The translations under genes and the position numbers were made by a program. DNA of 63,472 nucleotides, the filler included, from Folioceros fuciformis (lineage: Eukaryota), in the NCBI GenBank assembly GCA_049999805.1. It is 7 parts of 7 records of this genome, joined end to end, with 100 filler letters (N's around TTAATTAATTAA, not from the genome) between each part and the next. Parts side by side here need not be neighbours in the genome. Positions count along the whole stretch, not along the records: positions 48,599 to 56,875 come from JBNGIO010000997.1; positions 56,976 to 63,472 come from JBNGIO010001001.1; 5 more parts are not named here. One strand, given 5' to 3'. This document shows, one piece after another, positions 50,618-63,472 of the stretch (its first letter is position 1; each line of letters starts with the position of its first letter). Below the pieces are notes generated by a model. The model was given only the letters and a program-made list of their open reading frames with translations. It did no database searches and was not told the DNA's origin.

Positions 50618-53600
50618 TTACACAAGCCTTGGGTGTCTCAAGGACTTGTTGAAATGAGGCTGCATAAACCTTGCATACAGCCCACATTTGGACATGAGGC
50701 CGTCATGAGACCCCTCCTCCACAATTTTCCCATTGTGAAGTACTGCCACAGAATCGACTCGGCGCATCATGGCCAACCTATGTGCCACAACAATGGTTGT
50801 TCTGTTGCCCATGATGAGCTGCTCCAATGCCTCCTGAACTACCCGGTATGACTCGGTTTCCACTTCAGCAGAAATTTCATCTAAAAGAAGGATCGGCGGA
50901 TTCTTCAGCACTATTCTCGCAATCGCAAGGCGTTGCTTTTGCCCTGTAGACAGCTGCACACCTCGCATCCCTAGGTGAGTGTCATATCCATGCGGCAGAC
51001 TAGTTATAAAATGATGGGCATTAGCAATCCTCGCAGCCTCGATCATTTCAGACTCCGTAGCTTTGGTGCGCGCATACATGATATTTTCCCGGATCGTGGT
51101 GGAGAACATAACCGGAGTTTGTGGCACATATCCGACATGATCCCGAAGCCATCTCAAGCTATAGGCTTTGATGTCCTTCCCATCCAGAAGAATGCACCCT
51201 GATAGGGGGTCGTAAAACCTCTCAACTAGAGCGAAGATCGTGCTCTTACCAGATCCAGCCGTGCCTACAATAGCAACGGTTTTTCCAGATGGGATTCTCA
51301 GGTTGAAGTTCCTCAGCACGGGAACATCCAGTCTTGACGGATAGCGGAACTCCACATTCTTGAACTCAACCTCGCCTTTCGTAGCAGCTGGCTTAAATCC
51401 CGCATTCTCATCTCCATCTGTTTTTGGTCGCCGATTTATAATATCGAAGACTGGTATGATGGATTTCCGTCGCTTCAGAATAAAGGGGGCCAAACCAAAA
51501 GCTCCCACAAGCGCAAAGATTGTAAAAGAGAAGACGATGAAAAGTTTGAGAACATTGGAAAAGCTTCCGTGTCCATGCCTAAACACCTCAGAAGCATACC
51601 ACAAAACCAACGCATTGCAAGCGAATAGAAGACCTTGGGATAGCCCGAAAGCCAACCCGCTAGCTTGCCCTTGAATCGCAATTTCCCTCAAGGGTTGAAC
51701 CAGTTGCCTCTGATAGAGTTCAAGCATTTTTTCCCCTGCAGAGAAAGATACCACTGTGTAGATATGTGTCACAGCCTCATCGAGCAATGCCCCAGCCGTC
51801 TTATGCGCTTCTTTGATGTCCCCTGAGAAACCATTAATCCAAAGTTGCTGTACACACAAAAAGTGAAGCACATTCAGGCTCTTCTGTCTAATGCACTGAC
51901 AGCAAACCAAGTAAAACGTCACCTGGAGGAGAAAAGGTTGAGTAGCACAAAACCTGACATATAGCAGCAAAAAGCAATAAAGGAGCCGTGGCTACAGCAA
52001 CGAGAGCAACTCGCCAATGTAAAACGAGGCCTATAACAGTTGCAACTGCAATAGCGGTTATGTCTTGAACACACACAGACAACCTGTTGCTAAACGCCGC
52101 TCGCACGTAAGTTGCATCAATTGACAGCCTCATTGAAAGCACTTCAGGGCTGTTCGCCGGGTCATCAAACCACGACACTTCGCTTCTCAAGATCGCTACA
52201 AAAGCAACGGCAATAATACCACAAGCCAGGTAACATGTGTCATCTTCACAACATCTTGAATGATAAGCCACATCCAAATTCCACAGGAAACTGTTTGAAA
52301 GAAATACAGGCCAATCAAACAGTTACCTGAGAAAAGCAGTCGGCGCACACGTTCCGTCATTTTCTCTCCCATGATGCCGAAATAAAAATGCTGAAGAAAA
52401 GAAGCAAAGACTGTAGCCACACCCATCCCCAGGATGATCAGCGACCATTTGTTCACAGCGTGGATCATTTGTCTGTGGTCTCCGTAATAGTAGGTCTCCG
52501 CCACTTGCACAACCACAAATACGAAGAGAGGGTTGAAGGACCCGAACAAGAAGGCTCCAATGCATCCCAGAAATGCATACAGCCATTCCGGCGCGCTGAG
52601 CATTGCAAGCCTCCACAGGCTTGGTTTAGTGCCCGGCTGATAGTCCTGCTGCTTGCTTGCAACGATGTCAGAGATGGTCCTGTTGAAGACCTTGGAATGG
52701 GAGCGGTCACTAAGGGGATCTGTAGTTAGAAGAGGAGAAACAGGAGACTCGGGATTGGAGTTATGTGACGTTTGCCTGGAGCCTATCTCGAGCTTTGGGA
52801 GATTGGCCATGAACTGGGTCTCAATGCTGTCCTGCCGCCTGAGAGACGGAGGTTTGTCTGAGGTGATCGTAGGCAAGTCATGCTCCTGTTTCTTAACAGA
52901 CGAGACACTTGAAGCTTTCGACAAGGAAGCGCTATCGGGGGCCCCTATCTCACCTAAGAAGGCTTGATCGGATAAACGTACCCCATTTTGTCGTGTTAGA
53001 GAGGGTGATTTCGCTAAACCCTTCGGAGAATGATGAATCTCTGTTACTTGGACCCTGGTGGGTGCCGGAGGCTGGACTGGTTGGTGCACAAAAGACCTAG
53101 ACCTGCATGAGCCAACGAACAGATATCAGGAATATCGGAAAACCATGTACCATCCGGCAGGGTTACCCGAAGAAAAACCGTTCCACTACAGACCTTCTCG
53201 GTGGCTTGGAGGATTCTTGGAGTCGGACCAAGTCTGCATAGAGCCCATCATATGCCAACAACTCCTCATGCGTGCCAAATTCCACCAGTGTACCCTCTTC
53301 AAGCACTGCTATAATGTCTGCATTACGGATAGTTGCCAGGCGATGAGCAATAACAACAGTTGAGCGGTTAAGCATGATAATGTCTAGAGCTTCTTGGACA
53401 ACCCTTTCGGCCTCCACATCCAGGGTACTTGTAGCTTCATCCAACAAGAGAATCGGAGGGTTCTTCAGCACTGCCCTTGCTAAGGCCACTTTCAACTGCT
53501 TGTCAGGTGACAGAACCAAGCCATCATGCCCCACCTACATGTGCGTAAGGACAAAAATCGCAAACATGAACTGTTAGATCGATCATAACTGAAATGCAGA

Positions 53601-56113
53601 GTCCAGCATAAATAGCTGCAAATATGTTCACCTGTGTACTGTAACCTTTTTCAAGAGAGCTGATGAATGAGTGAGCGTGTGCTATTTTGGCTGCCTCTTC
53701 AATATCGTCCATGGTGGCGGACATTCGACCAAGTTGAATGTTGTCCTTGATGCTACCAGCAAATAATGCAGGTTCCTGGCTTACTAGCCCCATTTGGCTT
53801 CTTAGCCAGCCCAGCTGCAAATTCTTGATGTTTTCTCCATCCAGTAGAACCTCACCTGATGTGAGAACAATCTTGTCACAAACCAGGTTGAGCTCTTCTA
53901 CTTGGAGGGAAAAGATACATACAGACCTAAAGGTAACTTTGACTCCTATCTAACACAAGATCCGACGACTTTCTTCTACAGATCAGAAAGAAAGAAAAAC
54001 TCAAAGCAGCTTGTGCTCAAGAGAAAGCTGAGAATACCAAGTGTAGGATCGTAGAAGCGCTGAATCAGTGAAATGACACTGCTTTTTCCTGAACCATGGG
54101 TCCCAACTAGTGCCAAAGTTTTCTTTGCAGGAAGTATGAGATGGAGACCTGTTAAAATAGGTATGTCGGGCCTTGAGGGATAACTGAAATACACGTTCCG
54201 AAAATCAATTAGACCTTGCACATTCCTCAGAACTCTTCCTTCTTGACTGCTGCCTGTCTGTGTGTAGTTAATCATTGTAAAAAGTCTGTGCGCTGCAATC
54301 CTCCCTTGTTCAAATGCATGAAAATTCGTGGCTGCTCTGTTCAAGCCTCTGAAGGAAAAGACGATTATTCAGTACTTGTTCAATCCGGTATTGCCAATTC
54401 CAGCAACAATGCAAGACGCCTGATAGATCTAAAAATCAACTGGAAGCCAGAAGGGTACGTACAAGCCTGACAAGATAACTGCAAAAACCGCTGCAATTAT
54501 TTCACCGCCATTTGCCTTTCCATGTCTCACAAGAATGCGTCCAACCCACAGTTGAAGAGCACAAGAACAAAGTACAATCCCATATATGCAGCCAAGGCCA
54601 AGACCCTGTACAAGGCTTATCTGAACTCCAAATCTAAGTGTTGACTGGAGGGCATTTGCATAAGTATATTTCACCAACGTCTCATTCGCAAATGAGTACA
54701 CAGCTCGAGCATAAGATATGGCCTGCACCCACTCATCGAACCAAAATGGGGCTCCAGGATTAGTGCAATTGACAAAATTGCAGCACCTGTGAGACACAGA
54801 TAGGAATCGATAGGGCAAGACACAGAAAACAAATCCAAAAACCCTGAAGATGGCAAAGGGCCTGGAAAGCCACCCGTCGACCAAAGTAACGAAGGTACGG
54901 TTACAGGCTGGACATATACCTGGTCTGCTATGCTTGCAGCATCAGCATAGGCATCCTGAACACTCTCAGCATACTTGTTCAAATAAACATTTGATATTGC
55001 TCCAGCAGCAACAACGAAGGGTGCAGAGGCCACGGTCACCAATGAAACCTCCCAGCAGTTCATAAAGCCCACAACAAGCCCGCCTACGCAAGTTGCCATG
55101 TTGTGTGTGTAGTTTCCCACCTGCCAACATGTCATTCCCCCACTGACAGTCAAGAAGCTATGCATGAAGAACAAAAGGAGGGCGGCACTGAACAACCTGC
55201 AACTGGGTGACTCGCAATTTCAACAGCACTGTAACACCGCTGTTTCAACAGCCTTGTATCTCATGGCAAGGCAGGTGTATATTGAAACTTGATTCCCTAC
55301 CTTTTCACCAATTGCATATTGAAGAAGGAGGGCATCATTGGTTATCTGCTTCACAACCTCTCCTGACTTCCCAAATGTATCAAAAAACGAGATTTCTTGC
55401 TTTAAGAGAACCTGCACATACTTGGACCTGAGAACTACTCCTTGACGCTCACCAGTAAGAATCCAGCATGAGACCTCTGCAGAGCCAAACTATTGAATCA
55501 GCAATGGCTTACTATTTGCATGGGCATCCAGCATGCAGCATTAACATTATGTTCAGCTTTCATCCATGAGAACACGTACCAAGATAGCCAGCGATCAGTA
55601 CAGCACCTCCAATATAAAGAATATATAATACATGCTGCATAGGCGCAAACATTCAGTGCAGAGATTCAGAAAACGCACAGGACAGGGTAGCAGACGTAGT
55701 TCAAAGCAAGCTCAGAGGCAGTGATGGTATTTCGCCCCTGAGATTACCTTGGCCATTTCGTCTGCTACTTCCTGTCGTGAGTGGTCCTTGTTGGAACCAA
55801 ACCAGCTTATGATCTGTCCAAACAAGTGGAGGTACAATGGCAATGCTGCACCATGGACAATGGCGGCCAGCGAGCCTACCACCATAAGCAGCCAATCAAA
55901 TCCGTCTGCATAGGAGAAGAGCCTGAAAAAAGGAACTGAGGCTGGTGCAGCCTCTGCATCCCCAGTGTCCTCCACCGACGGTTCTTGGGCAACCACCATT
56001 TCAGTCATCTCCAGGTATGGGGAGGGTGACTCCGGAGGCTCAGACACCTCGGAAACAGGGGTCAAGGGCTGAATGTGGGGTGGTGACCACCCAAACAAGC
56101 CCTTCGGCACCAT
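50618..56113 (-). CDS. ABCB20: Full-size ABCB/MDR transporter of the ABCB6/ABCB20 clade, multi-exon
   Basis: Diagnostic N-terminus [30 protein letters not shown], linker [17 protein letters not shown], two TMD-NBD halves ([22 protein letters not shown]), and C-terminus [15 protein letters not shown]. Confidence 0.95.
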
Positions 56114-56875
56114 TGTCGTGGTGCCTTTGAGCTCCTAAACTAAGGCCAAATCTGTTGGAACAAAGCGCTAGCTACAAAGCTTACAACCCATGACACACAT
56201 TCCCCAGCTTCGATACAGTAGCCCCGTCTTGAACCCCACACTGCTGGTCGCAGATTCCATACAGCACGCATTCACACTGCAAGCTGCTATAGCTGGAAGC
56301 CAGAAACAGAGCCGTCGCTGAGCTCCGCCACACGGCACCTTGGCAAATAGAGGAGCGATTCATGTTCTACCCAAGTAAATTCGTAGCCAAGGCAACCTTG
56401 CCAACACACCCAACAGCCCATTGAAATAGCGTCACCCCTAACAAAACACACCGTGCAACAACTGCACCATCCACCTACCCTGCAATATCAAGCCACAATT
56501 TCGTCCTCCTCACACCTCCTTCCCCTCTCCGAATTGACTGAAACCAAGTTCTCCAAACCAAGGACACCAGCTCCTCACCCACCATATCACCTCACCGCAG
56601 TGCGGCAACCTAACTCTCCAGCGTAGCTGATCCCCAGAGCCGCACATCCGTGAGGCCCCCACAGTCCAGTTCACCAGGGAAATTGAAGTCCGAAAGAGCG
56701 CCAAAAACGAGGACAATAGCGGCCGTCCCTGCATTCGCCTCCATACAATCCCCGCCTCCTGGTCAACCGCATTTCTATATCAAACCCCTCCATCCCAACG
56801 CTAATCTCCCCCGCAGCACAGCACGCACACCCCACACATCCCAATCCTGCTCTGCCAACTCAACCCCCCCAAGAC

Positions 56876-56975
56876 NNNNNNNNNNNNNNNNNNNNNNNNN
56901 NNNNNNNNNNNNNNNNNNNTTAATTAATTAANNNNNNNNNNNNNNNNNNNNNNNNNNNNNNNNNNNNNNNNNNNN
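56876..56975. other. Artificial contig spacer
   Basis: N44-TTAATTAATTAA-N44. Confidence 0.97.
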
Positions 56976-59900
56976 GCGCGAGCGCTCGGGAATGGCCTCT
57001 CGGAGCTGGATCAAGCCCAGGCGGCTGCCTGCCGTGGGAACAGGGTTTGGCTCTGCTGTCACTCCGCTCTCTCGCGCCTGTGGCTGTGTGAAGTCTATGG
57101 AGTGGAAGCCGAACGAGGACTTGCTGTCTCCGCGCTCTCCTGCCGATTTGTCCACGTCCATGCTGCTGCTACCGCCTTGTGCTTGCTGCGTGGACGGGCC
57201 TCCCGGCTCCGACGCCAACTGTGTCTCGTCTTCGTCTCTCTCGTCATCTTCTTCTTCCGCTTCTTCGTCCGCTACCTGTTTCCCCTTGATCCTCTTCAAG
57301 AGAGCGGCATTCCATCCCGGGTCCTGTTCTCCAGCCCTGGGGTGTAGACCTGTGTCTAGGTCTGTGGCGGGTCCTTGCTCGGAGCTTCCTGCGGCATCTG
57401 CGCTCGGCGATTCACCGCTCGGATTGTTCTCCTGTCTGCCTTCCTTCCACTCGTCAGGGTAGTCTAGGATCACGTAAGGGGGCAAAGCGGACCCAGGTAG
57501 AGAGGAATGTCGCCCCCGCTTCTGGGCCCTTTCAACTAACAGCCTGTGAGATCTTCTGACGCTGAAACCTCGTGCATCCTCTCTGCCCTTTCTTACCCCC
57601 TTACTGTCTTTTCTCGTGCGCATGTGTTCCAGCTTCAACCCCTTCCTGTGTGATTGCTGTTGTCTGTAAAAATCTGCTTTCCCTTCCCTCTCAGGGGCTC
57701 CAACGCCGCAAGCTTCGGTAGCTCCTAGTACCTCACTGTCCTCCGAGTATCCGACCCAAGATGTGTCGTCCGTCGTATCATCTTCGCGGCTGGGCTCTGT
57801 TGCACCTTCCTCGCTCTCCCTTGCGCATTCGGCTGAGGCACTTCCTGTAGCGTTATCGGACCCTAGCGCTGGTGCACCTGCAATGCCGTGACTATCGCCG
57901 TCTATGCGGCTCTCCAGATTGAAGTGCGTCCAAGTTCCACGTCTGCCTGCAGCTCGTGGCCTGGGGTGTTTCATTCTTACCTCACTATCCTTCGCGTGTT
58001 CACGAAGTGCAAGGTCTCTCAGGGACACGTAAGGCCCTGCTGGACTGCCGGCGTGATCGCAGGGAGCAGTGTCCCCACACGGAGACGAACTCTCCCCACA
58101 CTGGAACGCACTGCTTTGGGCAACCCCCTGTCCTTCGTCAGGATGCTGCTCTTGTCCAGCATGGAACTCCCCCACACAAATTGGACACTGGCAACCGGGA
58201 GAAATCAGGTGAGCTGCATGAACATTGTGGCCCATTGGGGACATCATTGGCTTCACTGTGCTCACGTGCCTGGCTAATGCATCGAAGTCTCTGCATGTTG
58301 GAGACTCTCCGAGATCTGTTTCCTCAGACCCGAGGAAAGAGCCACCAGCTTGACTTGAGGCAAACGTGTCAGCAGCCATTTGCATTTGCGACTCTGACTT
58401 GCTTCTGTTCTCATCATTCAATACAATGCCCCGGCCCCTCCACCTTCTGATTTCCTCATCAAGCGTTTCATCATCTGAAAAGGGTAGCTTTTGCTTCCCA
58501 CGGTCTCCATGATCTAACATACCCCTCCTCCCGTCCTTCCACGCTCGGCCTGCATCACGCGCTCGCCCAACTCTCGCCCTTTCCCTGTCCCCCGTCTCCA
58601 GTCCATTGAAGGGTAAGTCAGGTAGATCCTCTACCTCTTTAACGGCAGGGTTCAGACTCCGACCCTTCCTTTGCTCTGCACGAAGCACCGTGCACTTCGT
58701 TCCTGTGCCAAAATGATCTGGACTCCCGCTGCTTCTGCCATCTCTGTCTGCTTCCCTCTGATGTACACATTGATCTCGAAGCTCTTGAATTTGATGCGCC
58801 CGCATGAAAACGGTCACACTCTCCACCATGTCAACCAGGACAAACTGCTTCAACCCAGCAAATTTTGAGATAAAGGACGGAATGCAGTCCCTAAATTCAT
58901 CCAACCCTTGAACAATAGCAAACACAATGACGGGCACCATCCTTTTAAGGATATCATTACTGGGAGCAATAACCTGCCGTAGCACAAAGTCGGGAAGGCG
59001 ACTCCTTTCTTGCCAAAAATCCCAGACCGCAGATACACGTCTGCCCTGCTCCAGGAACCTCCTCCTGAAAAGGGATCTGCCACTTGGATTCTGTGGTCCT
59101 CTTACTTCGGAATTAGTGGAAGACAAATCAAGGGAGCTTGTGCTTGCAGTTGGGGCATCTTCCATTGGCATCTCCCTGTCAGCCATAGGCAGATTCTGTA
59201 GGTTACTATCAGTAGTGAAACTGGAAGGTAAAACATTACCCTCCTTCATCTCATCATCCACACAATTGTTGGAGCTGCTTGGCATGCCGACACAGACTCC
59301 ACTGCTTGAACTCGCTTCTTCCTCAACTTGCTTTCCTTTCCCCTCTCGTGCCACTACTGTTATGCTCTGCTCTTGCGCTGGTGGATCGATAAGGCTCAAG
59401 TCCCTTACTTCCTCATGACTATCTGACGGGGTCAAGCTGGTATGTTCTCCTGCCAGGTTTGACTGAAGCAGAAGACCTTCCTGCTGCAAAGCATCGTGTG
59501 GGGCTGAGGTTGAAGGTCCAAGTTCCACCATTTCGGGCAAAGTCCCTGCGACAGTGGTAAGGGTGTCCTCACAATCTACGGGGGTGTCACGTTGAGGTGA
59601 TCCTGTACTGGGACCTGGGGCCGTATCTCTATCTTCGCTGGATTCACCCCGAATTCTTGGTGATCTCTCCCTTTCTCTACTTAGTAATTCGTCCCTCCAC
59701 CTTTCCCAATACTCCTCTTCTTCTCCCTGGAAAGAGCCCGCCCCCTCTTCATCTCGATTACCAGTGCGAGCTATCTCCACATCAAATTCAGAAAAATCTC
59801 CTGACTTGGCAGCCATGAACACAAACTTCTCAACCGACGAGCCGATCTCTGCATAGCGCATGCACCGAGCCCATGATGGAGGCTCATCCTTTGGATGCCC

Positions 59901-60152
59901 AACTCTGACGACAAGAGTTTCCAGAGAACGAAATCCTTTCACCATGGCATATATGCCTTTCAACTTAGCGTCATAGCTAGGGAAGGTGCCTGGACAAACA
60001 ATCGACAAAAACGGTATTCGAGTCGCCTGCTCTCTGAAAGACCTTGACACGGCCATGCAACGCACAAGAGTCTTGCAGTCACGAATCGCCCCAATAATCA
60101 GCTGAAATACTTCATCAGGGAGTCTCTCAAATGGGTCCGGCGGCTGTTCCAT
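56976..60152 (-). CDS. F-box protein related to the AUF1/At1g30200 family, with very long disordered insertions; 3' end lost in the gap
   Basis: F-box DPFERLPDEVFQLIIGAIRDCKTLVRCMAVSRSF and family blocks AEIGSSVEKFVFMAAKS and LKQFVLVDMVESVTVFMRAHQIQELR, in a >3.1-kb uninterrupted frame. Confidence 0.85.
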
Positions 60153-61338
60153 TGCTGCTTCTGAATGGGGCCAACACCACGAGGCACAATACTCAGAAAA
60201 TACGCAATTGCTGTGCAACTGCAACAGCCTTGCTCGCTTCAGCATCAGATCTCACAAGGGAAGGGTCCAGCCTGAAGTGCGTCCAGGAACCCACCAAAAA
60301 GCGATACCGTAAACCTAGCACCACCCATTTCACTGCCAATGGCACTGTAATACAAAGACTTTACTGACACTCAACGGCGGCGAGTATCCATCAGGATTCA
60401 GACTGGCATCGGTCGCCGCCTTTGAGAAACCCCAAGCTGCTCGCAGGAAACTTGAATTCCACGTATATATACGGTAGCCGCAACCAACCATCAAACAATA
60501 CAACTGACATGGTGAGACCATCGACGAAAAGCTGTCATCAGCGCCATACCACACCTTCCACCACATCCCCCGGCCACAGGACGACCCTGGACAACCTCAC
60601 ACGCAGCTTGGCCGTGACCTCTGCAGCAATCCACGCTGGAAATAGGGGAATTAGGAACCCCGGAAATCAAGTGGGAAGAAAAAGAAGACGGACTTCGGAC
60701 AAGACAGGAAACCACAGGCAGGCAAACGAGTCGCTGGTGAACTTATCATGACGCTGCAAGGAATTGGAGAGCTACATCGTGATCTGTCCATGAACAGCAC
60801 GTTTCAATGCAAGGGGAGAGCTGGCAGGGTGGGTGAAGGCGTTGTACGCGGCATTTCACGAGATGCGACCGTGTTGGCCGTGAAGAAAACTCACAATATG
60901 GAGAGGGATGCACCTTCCAGCCCCACGAGCTCCCATTGGAGACCCTCAACAACGACCCCCGCACATCAACAGAGACATGCGACGGCCACGGCCATAGCTA
61001 GCGTGAGGAACTGATTTCTCTTGTCTCCTCTGCGCCCTTGCTCGAGAATGGGATCCGTAGGCAACAAAACCTCCGAAAACAGCTGTGCGCGACGAAAGCT
61101 ATCCTCCCCTTTCCCCTGTCACGCAGTGTCGGACAGCCGCGTTACGAAACGGTTCAATCGGCCTGTGAAATAAGTCCTAATTTCTTCCATGCCGACAGAA
61201 TCGGACTTTCCTCCCTCGACACATTCCTTCAAGCATTGCCATCCGCAACAGTAGCTATAGCTGGTTTTTCTTGCCCTAACGTAAGCTGGGGGATGGAATG
61301 ACTTCTGCCATGCGGAATCGGCATCCGCAGGGGTAGCG

Positions 61339-62057
61339 ATGGCGGCCAACCTGAAGAACACTTTGTACGTAGGTACGTTTGCTTCTTTCCGTTGTGCTTG
61401 CCCCGGAAAAGATGATGCCAGTCTCTATAGCCGGCTAACAGGGGAGCTTTGCAGGAGGTCTAGACGAGAACGTGACGGAGTCCGTGCTCCATGCAGCCTT
61501 CATTCCATTCGGGGACATTAAGGACATCACCATGCCTCTGGACCAGGGAACGCAGAGGCACCGGGCCTTCGGCTTCGTGACTTACATCGACAAGGACGAT
61601 GCCGCAGCAGCCATGGACAATATGCACAACTCGGAGCTCTACGGCAGAGTGCTCACGGTAAACTACGCGCAGCCCATCAAGATCAAGGGAGGGGAAACCG
61701 GCTGGGCCTCGCAACCAGGTGCGAAACCTAGCCTGTTGGAATTGTGGCTTCTGAATCACCTCATCCACTTACCGATGGATGACAAACCCCCATCGTTGGT
61801 TCCCGTTATGCTGTGCAGTCTGGGCCGACGCTGATACCTGGTTCGAAAGGCAGCAGCAAGAAGAGGAGTTCCAGCGGCTGCAGTCAGAGCAGCAGGCGGC
61901 CGTTGCAGCTGCCACGGAGGAGGAGAACAAGAAGAAAGCTTCAGCTGGGGACGGCGAGGTCGAGGAACCTGAGGTCAAGGAGAAGGACGATCCCATGGCC
62001 CAAGCCGAGGCTGCTGTTGAAGCTGAGGCTGAGGCTGCTGCTGTTACATCGACATGA
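61339..62057 (+). CDS. Single-RRM protein homologous to the RRM of cyclophilin E (PPIE), 3 exons
   Basis: KNTLYVG|GLDENVTESVLHAAFIPFGDIKD..HRAFGFVTY..AAAAMDNMHNSELYGRVLTVNYA..GWASQP|VWADADTWFERQQQEEE. Confidence 0.92.
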
Positions 62058-62932
62058 AGCTTCTCTATTTCCAGCACAGAAGAGAAGAGGCAGTTCAGAT
62101 TTGCCAACCTCGGCTTTCGACACGCACGGCGCTCGACCTTGTTCTCGTTTTCATGGCTGTCTTTAGATGTGGGCCTGGTGAGTCCGGTAGTAGCGAGATA
62201 CCGTTATGGCGAGAACTCTCAATTTTAGTTGCCGGTGTGTATTTTCAACGGCGAAGCAATTTTGAAGTAACATTCCGTATGCCTACGTGTGTATCTTTCC
62301 TCTTTCGTACATACATCGTGTGGTAGGTTGGTGGACTGTACGACTTAGTATGTACGCTACAGGCGACAATAAGTACTGTGAAACAGGCAGGCAGGCGGGC
62401 GGGCTTTGAGGACGTCCAACCCCGAGGGAAGGACAGGTGGGAGGAAACTTCCAGAGCGGAAGAGGGAAGAACGCGTGTTGCACACTCAGCTTCCAAGTTT
62501 CTGGGCTCCTTGGGACGGTCGACTGGCAGACACCGGTCACCCGGTCGGCGGTATCCTGTCGGAATGACAGCGGAGGTTTCGCGTGCGGTGTGAACGGCGA
62601 CTACGTGTGAATCCGGTGCGACTGTGAGAAGAGACGGATGAGAGCCTTGACCCTGGCGATCGCCGTCTGCCTTGTTGCTTGCGTTACTACCACCACCACC
62701 TCCAGCCACATCCCCGCCCCCAGCCTTGCCCCGTCCCGTTTCATGCATCCCTTTCCACTTCCGTCCCATCCCCGCTTCCTGTAGGACAGTAAGGTTTGTC
62801 GGGAATTGCCGGGTGTGGTGTTAACTTAGGAGGTGCTGCGGAGCTGGGCGCTCCATAGCGGCAGTCCGCGGGCAGCCTGAGATGCGTGCTATGCTCTAAG
62901 TGAAGACGTTGTTGCATGGTTTGAAGGTGCAA

Positions 62933-63044
62933 AAAGCCGGAATTCCACGCAAGTGTCTTCGGGGGGTGGATTTGGTTTCGCGGCTGCCAAAGCCGGAATT
63001 CCACGCAAGTGTCTTCAGGTGGTGGATTTGGTTTCGCGGTTGCC
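62933..63044. repeat. 56-bp tandem duplication upstream of the NHX start
   Basis: AAAGCCGGAATTCCACGCAAGTGTCTTC..GGTGGATTTGGTTTCGCGG.TGCC x2. Confidence 0.88.
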
Positions 63045-63097
63045 GAAGAGCAGCTGCCCAAGATCTCTGGGAGGTTGGCGCGAGGAGACTCGCAAAA

Positions 63098-63295
63098 ATG
63101 ATAGATATGTTGGGAAAGCACCACATGGGCCTGCTGCACGCCTTCATGGCCAAGGCGGGCCTTGCGGATGATGCCGATCACATGGCTGTCGTGGCCATCT
63201 CGCTGTTCGTGTCGCTACTGTGCGCTTGCATCATTTTGGGGCATCTTCTGGAGGAGACCCGGTGGATGAATGAGTCCATCACCGCGCTACTGCTG
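63098..63295 (+). CDS. NHX: Vacuolar Na+(K+)/H+ antiporter, first coding exon; the gene continues beyond the window
   Basis: DHMAVVAISLFVSLLCACIILGHLLEETRWMNESITALLL followed by a GTAAG donor, matching the NHX1-type N-terminus. Confidence 0.92.
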
Positions 63296-63472
63296 GTAAG
63301 CACTGATTCTTGCCTTCTGATGCCTAGCATAATGATTTTTGGAATGTGCTTGTGCGTACAACTTTTAGCACGCCTCTAGCGTACTAGAGCATTTTTGGTG
63401 TGCACATGTAAATTGATGGCTTTCACCCGAAGGTTACCTTGCATTTTGCTGAATGCCAATCTGCCTTGACTT

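Noticed and set aside
50870-53520. Degenerate ABC signature (LSPDKQ) and D-loop in ABCB as a sign of pseudogenisation
   Set aside because: Comparable degeneracy is typical of the ABCB6/20 clade, and the reading frames appear intact.

Overview
This is gene-dense, intron-containing nuclear DNA from a land plant. The short GT-AG introns and roughly one gene per 2.5-3 kb suggest a compact non-seed plant genome such as a hornwort or lycophyte; that taxon is an inference. The window is seven contigs joined by six artificial 100-nt spacers (N44-TTAATTAATTAA-N44). Recognisable genes in order: sterol delta-7 reductase (DWF5, 5' end outside window), LUC7, class-A HSF, group-B TEY MAPK, Cgr1/CCDC86, an intronless signal peptide peptidase, PLPBP/YggS, a CorA-like protein, NKAP, a lysine-methyltransferase-like protein, MOG1 (fragmented into short exons, so only partly visible in the ORF track), ureide permease, Lhcb5, three MEE60-like 4-TM paralogues, a secreted PQQ-type beta-propeller gene, a small plastid-type membrane protein, an ABCB6/20-type transporter, a greatly expanded F-box protein, a PPIE-type RRM protein and the start of a vacuolar NHX. 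Highlights: (1) a 3-exon, 396-aa unrecognised gene at 34287-35665 whose N-terminus looks like an RPW8/HeLo/MLKL-type four-helix bundle and whose C-terminus looks like a tubby/LURP-type barrel; (2) the PQQ gene is split across two non-adjacent, oppositely oriented contigs sharing an exact 47-bp overlap, so the scaffold order or orientation is wrong or a repeat is collapsed; (3) a ~1.36-kb foldback with telomere-like motifs; (4) an AG|GT recursive-splice-like site and a uORF in the HSF gene; (5) a 182-codon ORF in frame directly behind the ABCB stop codon. All homology calls come from remembered motifs, not database searches.
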